Below, in pieces: positions 1 through 8,018 of a stretch of 64,000 nucleotides of DNA (positions are counted from its first letter, which is position 1; the number at the start of each line of letters is the position of its first letter). The translations under genes and the position numbers were made by a program. The notes under the pieces are model-generated. The model did no database searches. It saw only the letters and a list, made by a program, of their open reading frames with translations, and was not told the origin of the DNA. Source of the stretch: a virus; the IMG/VR virus record IMGVR_UViG_3300008110_010375. One strand, written 5' to 3'.

Positions 1-42
1 GGAGTCAAGGGGTCGTAGGTTCAAATCCTACTAGGCAGACCA
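1..42 (+). tRNA. 3' part of a tRNA cut by the window edge, probably tRNA-Pro
   Basis: T-arm GTAGG-TTCAAAT-CCTAC, acceptor 3' strand and CCA at 40-42; the anticodon is not fully visible. Confidence 0.8.
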
Positions 43-43
43 T

Positions 44-102
44 CGGGAGGGCGTGCTGGAAACAATCGCCGTAATTGAGGTTCAATCCTCAACTCCCGCC
101 CA
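44..102 (+). ncRNA. D-armless minimal tRNA-like RNA (59 nt)
   Basis: CGGGAG/CTCCCG acceptor stem, GGCGTG-CTGGAAA-CA(AT)CGCC hairpin, TTGAGG-TTCAAT-CCTCAA T-like arm, ends C-CCA. Confidence 0.6.
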
Positions 103-118
103 GTTTTAAGGAATCGAT

Positions 119-367
119 ATGTTTGAGTGGTTCGTAGCTTTCTTTGGTATGTTCTCGGTCGATATCTTGCACGCGATCTACATCAAGAGTGTGCAGAACG
201 ACAGACCAATCATAGCTTCCGGCTACGCGGCGGTCATATATGTTGCGGCGAGCTGGGTCACCATCAGCTACGTTGGAGACGCATGGATATTGATTCCGGC
301 TACGTTGGGAGCCGCGGCAGGTACGTACGGCGGCGTCTTAATAAATAAAAAGTTTAAGTCGGTGTAG
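119..367 (+). CDS. small membrane protein
   Basis: AAGGA SD, about 3 hydrophobic segments. Confidence 0.7.
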   Translation: MFEWFVAFFGMFSVDILHAIYIKSVQNDRPIIASGYAAVIYVAASWVTISYVGDAWILIPATLGAAAGTYGGVLINKKFKSV

Positions 368-431
368 TGTAACGGTAGCACAACGGCCTCCAACTCCGTT
401 AGTCAGGGTTCAAATCCTTGCACCTTCGCCA
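358..431 (+). tRNA. tRNA-Trp(CCA) with a mismatched acceptor stem
   Basis: cloverleaf; anticodon loop CTCCAAC; T-arm CAGGG-TTCAAAT-CCTTG; encoded CCA. Confidence 0.75.
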
Positions 432-446
432 ATCTTAGGGGTACAG

Positions 447-647
447 ATGAAAGACTTACAGGAATTTGATAAGTACATCGGCAGGAAGTACTCGGAAGTT
501 ATGTTTGAGCTTAAAGACCTTGCGAAGGGTAAGTTTGTGTTCTCATGGCCCGATGGAACGCCGGTAGTATCTCGCGACGGCGACACAGTCTTAGTAATCA
601 TCAACAACTCAGTCGACGGTGTAATTGTCAGGTTTGAAAACGGCTGA
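447..647 (+). CDS. hypothetical protein
   Basis: AGGGG SD, 66 aa. Confidence 0.6.
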   Translation: MKDLQEFDKYIGRKYSEVMFELKDLAKGKFVFSWPDGTPVVSRDGDTVLVIINNSVDGVIVRFENG

Positions 648-657
648 TAAGAATTCG

Positions 658-704
658 GTAGGCAGTACTGTTGGTCAGGGGTTCAATTCCCCTTGCCCGC
701 TCCA
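658..704 (+). ncRNA. tRNA minihelix-like element or tRNA remnant
   Basis: canonical T-arm AGGGG-TTCAATT-CCCCT, then TGCCCGC-T-CCA, partly pairing with GTAGGCA at 658-664. Confidence 0.45.
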
Positions 705-737
705 AAAAGAAAGGGAGGGTTTTTGCCCTCCCTTTTT
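705..737. terminator. bidirectional rho-independent terminator
   Basis: AAAGGGAGGG-TTTTTG-CCCTCCCTTTTT between convergent units. Confidence 0.85.
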
Positions 738-741
738 ATCA

Positions 742-2703
742 TCAAAACTTAATCACAAGTCCGGCCATGATGTATGAGTTACCGTAGTTGGTACCCTGAT
801 CGTATCCTGCCGAGACGTTGAAGTATACGTTGTTGGTGATCTTCTTCTTGACGATCACCTTGGCCCCGGTCACTTGACCGTATTGAGCGGTCTGCATAGT
901 CTTCACCTCGATCGTGACGTCTTCACCGATCGTCTTCCTAGCGCCTACGTATGGATTGACGTAGGACTTAGATCCGGTCTCAGGTGGATTCGACAAGAGC
1001 GAACTTCCGCTTTCATTGACCGAGTCGATAGTGCTTGTGATGAAAGTCGAACCGATGAACGGTTGAACGCCGAGTATCTCATTGGTCGAATAAAGAGCGA
1101 TGTCACCGTAGTACAGAGACTGCTTGGCTTTGGAGCTGTTCTCCAAGTTCAAGGAAGATATAAACACGCGGCTGTTGTACTCCATCATCGAGTAGCCGAT
1201 CGTACCCTTCACCGTCACGGGATCCATGTTGGTTACCACGTAGACGCTGCCGGCATACTTATTGCCGCTCATAAGAGAGTTGTTGTAGTTGCCGCTCTCC
1301 AATCCACCGGCCTGACCGGCGAACCCAAGGATGTTACCCTCGCCAGACATCTGGTGACCGAAGCTCAACGCCTTGGTCGTGAGGGATCCTGAGGTGCTGC
1401 TCGTGACGAAGGTCGGAGCCGCCCATGATCCGTTCGGGGTATTGAATGGGTCGATCATGAATGGGTTGACTATCGCCGCGTCTATCATATCCTGCATACC
1501 GGCCACTGAAGCCGAATCGCTGGAAGTGGTGACGTTGGTCGTGACTTGGTTTGAGAACGAAGTCGTGGTGACCACAGTGTTGGTGACCGATGAAGTCGTG
1601 GTCGCCGTTCCGGCCGCAGTGGTCGTGGTGCCATTGCTCCACGTAGTCACGGTGTTAGGTGTAGTCGTGGTGTTGGTAGTCACCGGTGTCGTCGCCGTGG
1701 TGACTGTGGTGACCGGAGTAGTGGTGGTTGTCGTCGTTGTCCTATTGACGATGACCGTGTTGCCCTCACGTGTAGCTGCGTCTGAGTCAGACGATGTTAC
1801 CACCGGAGTACCGTAGGTGTTCACCGAAGTCGTGACGGTAGCACCTGTCGTTGAAGTTGAAGTGACGGTTGGTGTTCCCGGTGCCGTGCTTACGACTGTA
1901 GGCGATCCACCGCCGCTCGGTGCAACACCGCCGTTGTTTACGGTTGCGAGGATCGTTGTAGATGTCAAAGTGGAGGTGTAACCGCCCGCTTGTCCGGTCG
2001 TGGTACCACCAGTCGCGCTGTATCCGCCGCCGCTCATGTTCGCCGTGACGCCTGAAGCGTTGGTGACGCACGCAGCTGATCCACTGACGGTACCGCAGAC
2101 GCCTGAATAGTTGGTGCTTGAGGCCCAGCCCTGCGCCTGAACGCCGTTAGGGTCAACGCCGAACTCAGGGTTGTAGAGGATGTTTGCGGTACCGCCGTTG
2201 AACGTCAAAGTAGGCATCTGCCACTGTGGACCGTAGTTGCCGGCCCACCACGAACTGTCTGTACCTATGAGTGTTACTTTAACGTAAGCAGTCTGTGCTG
2301 CATCCGATGCTGAAAGAGTATAAGTATGTGTTATAGTAGTCCATGGCTCGGAGTTGTCTCCAGGAGCAGAAGACCATGAATTCATCTGTAGAAGATTGTT
2401 TGAATAAGTGCTTTGCGTCGACGTAATCAAAACACCAGATGAGTTATAGAACTCAAGCTTCACGTTACCGGTGTCGTGCTGCAGGTTGCGGCCGCCGCCG
2501 GCGTGGGCGTTGACGGAGAAGTCGAAGGTTCCGCCGGCCTGCATATTTGAGTCGAACACGATGTTCTGGCTAATAGTTGAATTAGCCTGATAGCTCATGT
2601 TGACGGTGTTGTAGTTGGAACCTGAATTGAACTGCGCGAAAGCTGAGGGCGCAAAAAGCATCGTCGCGGCCAAGACGACCAGCGCGTAGAATTTCTTAAA
2701 CAT
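742..2703 (-). CDS. autotransporter-like surface protein (signal peptide, beta-rich domain, Thr-rich stalk, C-terminal beta-barrel)
   Basis: MFKKFY...AFA signal peptide with GAGGA SD; poly-Thr region; alternating barrel strands; C-terminal YIMAGLVIKF (BAM-type signal). Confidence 0.7.
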   Translation of the reverse strand: MFKKFYALVVLAATMLFAPSAFAQFNSGSNYNTVNMSYQANSTISQNIVFDSNMQAGGTFDFSVNAHAGGGRNLQHDTGNVKLEFYNSSGVLITSTQSTYSNNLLQMNSWSSAPGDNSEPWTTITHTYTLSASDAAQTAYVKVTLIGTDSSWWAGNYGPQWQMPTLTFNGGTANILYNPEFGVDPNGVQAQGWASSTNYSGVCGTVSGSAACVTNASGVTANMSGGGYSATGGTTTGQAGGYTSTLTSTTILATVNNGGVAPSGGGSPTVVSTAPGTPTVTSTSTTGATVTTSVNTYGTPVVTSSDSDAATREGNTVIVNRTTTTTTTTPVTTVTTATTPVTTNTTTTPNTVTTWSNGTTTTAAGTATTTSSVTNTVVTTTSFSNQVTTNVTTSSDSASVAGMQDMIDAAIVNPFMIDPFNTPNGSWAAPTFVTSSTSGSLTTKALSFGHQMSGEGNILGFAGQAGGLESGNYNNSLMSGNKYAGSVYVVTNMDPVTVKGTIGYSMMEYNSRVFISSLNLENSSKAKQSLYYGDIALYSTNEILGVQPFIGSTFITSTIDSVNESGSSLLSNPPETGSKSYVNPYVGARKTIGEDVTIEVKTMQTAQYGQVTGAKVIVKKKITNNVYFNVSAGYDQGTNYGNSYIMAGLVIKF

Positions 2704-2788
2704 GTCTATTTCCTCATTGGTTGGATGACGAGTCACTCAATCAATGCAGCATAGGCATGAAAAAGATGTTGTAAATAATAGTATACAC

Positions 2789-2796
2789 TATTTATA
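2789..2796 (-). promoter_or_regulatory. T4-type late promoter TATAAATA
   Basis: exact motif on the minus strand upstream of the autotransporter-like gene. Confidence 0.6.
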
Positions 2797-2809
2797 GTAA
2801 AGGGTTAAT

Positions 2810-3463
2810 ATGGCCTTTATAAACGCAAACGTTCCACCGATCGAGTGTTACGTACGCTCAAACTTCTTGCAAAATAGGCCGCATAAATTTGAGTCGACCG
2901 ACACCTATCTTCCGGCAGTTATAGTCGCGGTGTCATCCATCCCGCATCGAATACCATTATTCAACTTCATCATGGAAGACGGCGGCGTCTGGTGGCGTAT
3001 GCCAATTCACGCTTTCTGCTCACGACCTGACGTCGAGCAGCAGGAAGCACACAACCTCGTCTTGTGGGACAGCTTCTCCTATCACATATCCGTTAGTCGC
3101 ATCGACTTCTTTAAGGAGAAGCGTATGTGCTACACGGATAGGTATAAGAATCAAGTGTTCGGTAAGTATCTATTCACCCTTGACTGGGCGAACGAGGACT
3201 CCAACGTCATCGACGTTGGTTTCTCTGAGATTCCGGGACAACACAAGTGCGGTCATGTGATTCAGCTCGACAATGGCAACTACGCCATACAACCTAACAA
3301 CAGGGTTAAACTTTTTGAGCCGTCTTTTGTTACTAAGTGGGGACAGAATATAATCGAGCGAAAGTTAGGAACTGAGTACTTCAGCGTAGAGAATCAGCCT
3401 CGTTGGCTTCTTTCTGATGATGACAGGTTTGAGTATGATATGAAGGACACTTTAAAGAAATAA
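2810..3463 (+). CDS. conserved phage hypothetical protein
   Basis: 217-aa ORF; HKCGH..LDNGNYAIQPNNR motif recalled from alphaproteobacterial phages. Confidence 0.7.
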   Translation: MAFINANVPPIECYVRSNFLQNRPHKFESTDTYLPAVIVAVSSIPHRIPLFNFIMEDGGVWWRMPIHAFCSRPDVEQQEAHNLVLWDSFSYHISVSRIDFFKEKRMCYTDRYKNQVFGKYLFTLDWANEDSNVIDVGFSEIPGQHKCGHVIQLDNGNYAIQPNNRVKLFEPSFVTKWGQNIIERKLGTEYFSVENQPRWLLSDDDRFEYDMKDTLKK

Positions 3464-3476
3464 TTGGAGATTTGAT

Positions 3477-3884
3477 ATGAAGATAGGATTCACCTGCTCA
3501 ACTTTTGATTTGCTGCACTCCGGCCACATCCTCATGTTGAAGGAGTGCGCCTTGAACTGTGACTACCTGATAGTAGGCCTTCAGTCCGATCCGACACTTG
3601 ATCGACCCGACACAAAGAACAAGCCGGCGCAGGGAATGTACGAGCGCTGGACTCAGCTCAAGGGCTGCAGGTACGTTGATGAGATAATCCCCTACTCGAC
3701 TGAGGAAGACCTGATGAACCTCCTCGCGAGCCAGAAGATCGACGTCAGGTTCGTCGGCGAAGACTACATGGATAAGGACTTCACGGGAAAGCAGTGGTGC
3801 ATCGACAATAATGTCACACTGTTCTACAATAGTCGAAAACACAGCTACTCCACAACAAATTTACGTAGAAAGATGGCTCTATAG
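3477..3884 (+). CDS. tagD: glycerol-3-phosphate cytidylyltransferase-like protein
   Basis: FDLLHSGH (HxGH) motif, R..YSTT C-terminal motif. Confidence 0.85.
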   Translation: MKIGFTCSTFDLLHSGHILMLKECALNCDYLIVGLQSDPTLDRPDTKNKPAQGMYERWTQLKGCRYVDEIIPYSTEEDLMNLLASQKIDVRFVGEDYMDKDFTGKQWCIDNNVTLFYNSRKHSYSTTNLRRKMAL

Positions 3885-3889
3885 CCGTT

Positions 3890-3907
3890 TTGTCATCCTA
3901 CTGTAAT
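3890..3907 (+). promoter_or_regulatory. Pho box (PhoB site)
   Basis: TTGTCAT-CCTA-CTGTAAT matches the CTGTCAT-N4-CTGT(C/A)AY consensus, directly upstream of pstS. Confidence 0.75.
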
Positions 3908-3960
3908 ATAAGCGAAATATATACGGATGCAGCAATAGGGCTGCGCATGAGGAACTACGT

Positions 3961-4833
3961 ATGTTAAAGAAAATTGCAGCGATCGCGATCGCAACATTGA
4001 TGTCAACACAAGTCTACGCCGGTGAAGCCACCGGTGCCGGATCATCATTCTTCTTCCCCCTCGCTTCTAAGTGGGCGAACGACTATAGCAAGAAGACTGG
4101 AAACAGGATAAACTACCAGAGCGTGGGTAGCAGCGCCGGCGTGAAGCAGCTCGACAACAAGACCGTCGTGTTCGCAGCGACCGACGTTCCTATGAAGCCG
4201 GAAGATCTCGACAAAAAGAATCAGGTTCAGTTCCCGATGGTAGGTGGTGAGATCGTCATCGCGGTCAACGTTGCCGGAGTCGATAAGATCAACCTCAGCG
4301 TCGACGTTATCGCGAAGATCTACGCAGATAAGATTAAGAAGTGGAACGATAAGGAGATCGCCGATCTAAACCCAAGCGCGAAGCTCCCCGATCTTCCGAT
4401 CATCAAGGTTCGCAGGAGCGATGGATCAGGCACTACTTGGAACTTCACCAAGTTCCTCGCGGATTCAAACGAATCTTGGAAGAAGGAAGTCGGCTTCGGA
4501 TCGACCGTTGAGTGGCCGGGAAACACAGTCGGCGCGAAGGGCAACGACGGTGTAGCTTCAAACGTGCAGCAGACCAACGGCACCATCGGATACGTAGAAC
4601 TATCGTACGCGAAGCAGAACAAGCTTACCGTAGCTGCCATCCCAACGTCGATAGTGGCGACCGTATACGCGGTGATGTATAAAACAAACGACGATCCCGC
4701 TGCAGCTAAGCAGGCGATCGACTTCTTCAGCTTCTGTCTGGCTTCAGACCAGCAGGCTTTGGATCTGGACTATAAGCCACTGAGCCCTGAGAAGAAGGCT
4801 GAGGTCTCGAAGGTCGTTTCTCAGATAAAGTAA
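3961..4833 (+). CDS. pstS: phosphate ABC transporter substrate-binding protein
   Basis: signal peptide, GAGSSF, YQSVGSSAG, RRSDGSGTT motifs. Confidence 0.95.
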   Translation: MLKKIAAIAIATLMSTQVYAGEATGAGSSFFFPLASKWANDYSKKTGNRINYQSVGSSAGVKQLDNKTVVFAATDVPMKPEDLDKKNQVQFPMVGGEIVIAVNVAGVDKINLSVDVIAKIYADKIKKWNDKEIADLNPSAKLPDLPIIKVRRSDGSGTTWNFTKFLADSNESWKKEVGFGSTVEWPGNTVGAKGNDGVASNVQQTNGTIGYVELSYAKQNKLTVAAIPTSIVATVYAVMYKTNDDPAAAKQAIDFFSFCLASDQQALDLDYKPLSPEKKAEVSKVVSQIK

Positions 4834-4885
4834 GGTGTCAGAAAAACCGTTATTTTTCAATGGGTTAGCCCTAGGAAAATAACGG

Positions 4886-4927
4886 TTGACATTTCTCCAA
4901 GATTGTTGTAATATCTAGATAATGGCA
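4886..4927 (+). promoter_or_regulatory. early sigma70-type promoter with conserved CTAGATAATGGCA tail
   Basis: TTGACA-17-TAATAT; same tail as the promoters near 45.2-45.7 kb; IHF-like site at 4855-4867. Confidence 0.8.
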
Positions 4928-5272
4928 AATCAAACGGAGACCTATACTATGAGAACTTCAACCTATCGATGCACCGTTCAAAGTCTCGATGACAAAGTCA
5001 TTGAGATGTATCGCACTCAAGCCAAGATCGGTAACATGTTTGGTCGCGCATACGACGCCTCGCTTCTCGCTTCTGGTTCAAAAACGCCGCGTTATACCAA
5101 GCGTCTGCGTGTTCGCGTTCGCGGCCGTCTCGGCAAGAACAGCCCGTACGCACACCTCTATAAGAAGGGTGGACCGCACTATCAGTGGACTTCACAGGAC
5201 ATTCGTCCCGAGCACGCTTCGCGCTTCGACGTCTACGTCCACGAAGTCTCAGTTCCTTTCACGGGGCGCTGA
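4922..5272 (+). CDS. basic early hypothetical protein (start may be the second ATG)
   Basis: ORF directly after the early promoter. Confidence 0.7.
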   Translation: MANQTETYTMRTSTYRCTVQSLDDKVIEMYRTQAKIGNMFGRAYDASLLASGSKTPRYTKRLRVRVRGRLGKNSPYAHLYKKGGPHYQWTSQDIRPEHASRFDVYVHEVSVPFTGR

Positions 5273-5273
5273 C

Positions 5274-5453
5274 ATGAACGATCTATTAGTTATAGCCGAG
5301 CGCCTCGAGCGCATCGTCAGCCTCAAGGGAACTTTAGGCTACGACTCCGCCGACGTCGTCGAGCTGGTGCATGAGTACGCGAAGATGCTTCGCGAGCAAG
5401 CAGATGAGATTGAACGTAACTTTGTTATTGATCAGGGAGTACAAGATGGCTGA
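5274..5453 (+). CDS. hypothetical protein
   Basis: MNDLLV..., tightly packed in the operon. Confidence 0.6.
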   Translation: MNDLLVIAERLERIVSLKGTLGYDSADVVELVHEYAKMLREQADEIERNFVIDQGVQDG

Positions 5454-5688
5454 CGACGTCTACACCGAAGAAGAGATCATGGAGAACTACTTGAAGTACG
5501 GTTCGTCCAGCTACAATAAGAGGCAGCGGATCATGGACTACATGGACGTGCTGCACACCGAGATCCTTCTCCTTCGCAGCCGCATCCAGCCCGAAGACAC
5601 CGGTCACCTGCACACGACGGTCAACGTTCTTTGGAACAGGCTGTCTGAACTTGAGAAGATGTATGACGAAACGCTCGTCGAAGTCTGA
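5446..5688 (+). CDS. hypothetical protein
   Basis: GGAG SD, MADDVY... Confidence 0.65.
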   Translation: MADDVYTEEEIMENYLKYGSSSYNKRQRIMDYMDVLHTEILLLRSRIQPEDTGHLHTTVNVLWNRLSELEKMYDETLVEV

Positions 5689-5689
5689 C

Positions 5690-5857
5690 ATGATCCGACG
5701 GGTTCGCTACGTCTTTGGTGAGCTTCCGGCCCGATACGAGATGAAGGCCTACGCCAAGAAGTATGGCTTCATCATGGTGTCGGGTCCGACGCTCGTCACC
5801 GAGGGTCAGTGGGAGGGCATGTACAAGTATGAGTTCGACGAACCTAGACAAAGATGA
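5690..5857 (+). CDS. hypothetical protein
   Basis: operon packing. Confidence 0.55.
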   Translation: MIRRVRYVFGELPARYEMKAYAKKYGFIMVSGPTLVTEGQWEGMYKYEFDEPRQR

Positions 5858-6047
5858 ACGATTCAAGCGCGCGTTTTGGGACTGGTTCGACTCATTAAAT
5901 AAAGAGGAGAAGAACCGGTTCTGGTACTACACCGCCGACATGTCGAAGATCTACTTTTATAATAAACACTATGCCAAAGTACTCGCGAATAAACTTGAGA
6001 GCGACAAAGTACAAGACGTTCGAGCAGGGATGGAAGTTTCTTCATAA
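5829..6047 (+). CDS. hypothetical protein
   Basis: FWDWFDSL...FWYY motif, operon packing. Confidence 0.55.
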   Translation: MSSTNLDKDERFKRAFWDWFDSLNKEEKNRFWYYTADMSKIYFYNKHYAKVLANKLESDKVQDVRAGMEVSS

Positions 6048-6402
6048 CGTCGACGTCTATCTTCTAAACGAGATCTATAAGAAGTACTGTCGCTACAAGA
6101 AGTTCGAGAGCGTCATGCCGATCTTCTACGGAGAGTACACCGACCTTCACAGCGACGTCATAGGCTACTACGAAGGTGAGCGACTCATCGCGTTCAGCCT
6201 GATAAAGATACACGATTATGAGAACGTTGAGTGCGTTCAGTTCGCTTGGGACTATGAGAACCCTAAGCTTCGCCTAGGCATAGAGAGCTTGAAGCACGAG
6301 TGCGCCCTCTACAGGGACAAGGGATTCAAGTACATGTACCTCGGTGAGGCGGCTGAATACAAGAGCACCATCGACGGCTACGAGGAGCTAGGACCTATAT
6401 AA
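5971..6402 (+). CDS. aminoacyl-tRNA-protein transferase (ATE/Bpt C-terminal, GNAT-like) domain protein
   Basis: YYEGERLIAFS...WDYENPKLRLGIESLKHE...GFKYMYLG resembles ATE_C. Confidence 0.6.
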   Translation: MPKYSRINLRATKYKTFEQGWKFLHNVDVYLLNEIYKKYCRYKKFESVMPIFYGEYTDLHSDVIGYYEGERLIAFSLIKIHDYENVECVQFAWDYENPKLRLGIESLKHECALYRDKGFKYMYLGEAAEYKSTIDGYEELGPI

Positions 6403-6734
6403 TGGACATCTATCACGTATGGGCGAACAAGGCCGGCGACATCTCCGACGACAAGTGGGTCGCGAGGATGCGATCGTTCCTAGATCACTTGGTCGAAGAG
6501 GGTAAGATGGTGTCCTATCGCATCACCCGCTGTAAGATGGGCTTCCGCAGCTTAGACATTCCAGAGTGGCACATCATGATGGAGTTCACCGACATGGCGC
6601 AGATGGACAACGCGTTCAAGCGCGTCGCGAAGCGCGAGGGTGATCTCGAGAGGAAGCACGTTTCATTCAATCAGTTCGTAGGAGACGACATCCAGCATGC
6701 CCTTTACAGGGACTGGCCGGACGAGGTCACGTAG
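6402..6734 (+). CDS. dimeric alpha-beta barrel-like protein (DUF6614-like)
   Basis: MDIYHVW..., PEWHIMMEF, ALYRDWPD, recalled from alphaproteobacteria. Confidence 0.55.
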   Translation: MDIYHVWANKAGDISDDKWVARMRSFLDHLVEEGKMVSYRITRCKMGFRSLDIPEWHIMMEFTDMAQMDNAFKRVAKREGDLERKHVSFNQFVGDDIQHALYRDWPDEVT

Positions 6735-6801
6735 CTCAGCAGGATAGAGCATCGGTTTCCTAAACCGAGGGTCGGATGTTCGAGTCATCCCGTGATCGCC
6801 A
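6725..6801 (+). tRNA. tRNA-Arg(CCT)
   Basis: GGTCACG/CGTGATC acceptor, anticodon loop TTCCTAA, CCA. Confidence 0.95.
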
Positions 6802-6802
6802 A

Positions 6803-6877
6803 GCTGCCTTAGCTCAGTGGTAGAGCACTTCATTGGTAATGAAGAGGTCGACAGTTCAATCCTGTCAGGCAGCACCA
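6803..6877 (+). tRNA. tRNA-Thr(GGT)
   Basis: GCTGCCT/AGGCAGC acceptor, anticodon loop TTGGTAA, CCA. Confidence 0.95.
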
Positions 6878-6910
6878 TTAAATAGCAGATCGACAACTTG
6901 GGAGGATCCC

Positions 6911-7198
6911 ATGAGATACCTGTTACCCATAGCATTGATCTTATCCACGCCGGCGTTCGCTCAACCCTGCAGCGACGCCAACGAAGTTCATAAGCTTCTT
7001 GAGAAAGACTACAGCGAGAAGCCGTTCATCGAGATGGACGACAACCTTGGTCGTCACCTCGTCATCTACTTAAACGCGTCGACTCTTTCGTGGACCGCGG
7101 TCTCCTTGGATAAGGAGAAGAAAATCACGTGCGCGGTCGCAGCTGGAAGCAACTTCAAGCCTGCAAATCTCAAAGAATTCTTTGGTGACCCAAGCTGA
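6911..7198 (+). CDS. small exported protein
   Basis: GGAGG SD, signal peptide MRYLLPIALILSTPAFA. Confidence 0.7.
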   Translation: MRYLLPIALILSTPAFAQPCSDANEVHKLLEKDYSEKPFIEMDDNLGRHLVIYLNASTLSWTAVSLDKEKKITCAVAAGSNFKPANLKEFFGDPS

Positions 7199-8018
7199 TG
7201 AGAAACACCTCACCCTCGTATGCTACAGGAGTGGCTACGGGGGTGACTTCCTATGCGCACTCATCGATGAAGCCCTAGGTAACTCTAGCTTTCAATCGAG
7301 GGACGGGAACAATCGTTACTGGTTCGACAACTACGTATTCTCGTCCTGCAACAATCAGATTAAAAGCCTTCACCACATATTCTCATACTACTACGGTCAA
7401 GACAGCGTTCAACTCATCGACCAGCTTCTGGGTAAAGCTGAATGGGTCGATGAGATCAAGACGATCTACGATATGTGCTACGATGAGAACGAACAGTTCT
7501 TCATCGACAACATAATCTATCACATCACGAGCGGCCTGAGGCTTCCCTTCAGATACAACGTTGGAAACCTTCACTACATGGGTGAGTTTCCGGCGTTCGA
7601 CGTTGGTAAGATACACAGCCCGATGAGCATCGTCACGCTTAAGACGGAGAATGATCTATACTTTCAGTACTTCCATTCCTTCTCACAGATCAAGACGAAC
7701 TTCAAAGTTCTTAAGCGCGCTCGAGTGATGAAGAAGGAAGTGTTCGACTGCGAACCTATATCGAACTCTAGGATCATCGACGCCGGCAAGCTGTTCTTTG
7801 AGGATTCGCTCGACGATACGATATCGGATACGCTCTCTGAAATCATCGGACGTGAAGTGAAGATAAACATCGATGAGCTGAAAAGATACAGGAAAGACAA
7901 CGTTGAAGTGCTCGCGAAGTACTTCGGCGACGACTTTCAATCGCTAGACGCGGCGTCTTTCAGGGAGAGGAAGCTCGAGCTTTTTAGGAGAGTGGCCTCT
8001 GGCCAAGAGCTTCAATGA
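7182..8018 (+). CDS. GxxGxF-family paralogue 1 (putative sulfotransferase/P-loop-like fold)
   Basis: LVCYRSGYGGDF, CYDENEQFFIDNI, NLHY, DAGKLF. Confidence 0.7.
   Translation: MVTQADEKHLTLVCYRSGYGGDFLCALIDEALGNSSFQSRDGNNRYWFDNYVFSSCNNQIKSLHHIFSYYYGQDSVQLIDQLLGKAEWVDEIKTIYDMCYDENEQFFIDNIIYHITSGLRLPFRYNVGNLHYMGEFPAFDVGKIHSPMSIVTLKTENDLYFQYFHSFSQIKTNFKVLKRARVMKKEVFDCEPISNSRIIDAGKLFFEDSLDDTISDTLSEIIGREVKINIDELKRYRKDNVEVLAKYFGDDFQSLDAASFRERKLELFRRVASGQELQ

Noticed and set aside
874-1816. Val-rich plus-strand ORFs
   Set aside because: Antisense shadows of the Thr-rich minus-strand gene
6663-6935. Minus-strand 90-aa ORF
   Set aside because: Antisense to two tRNAs
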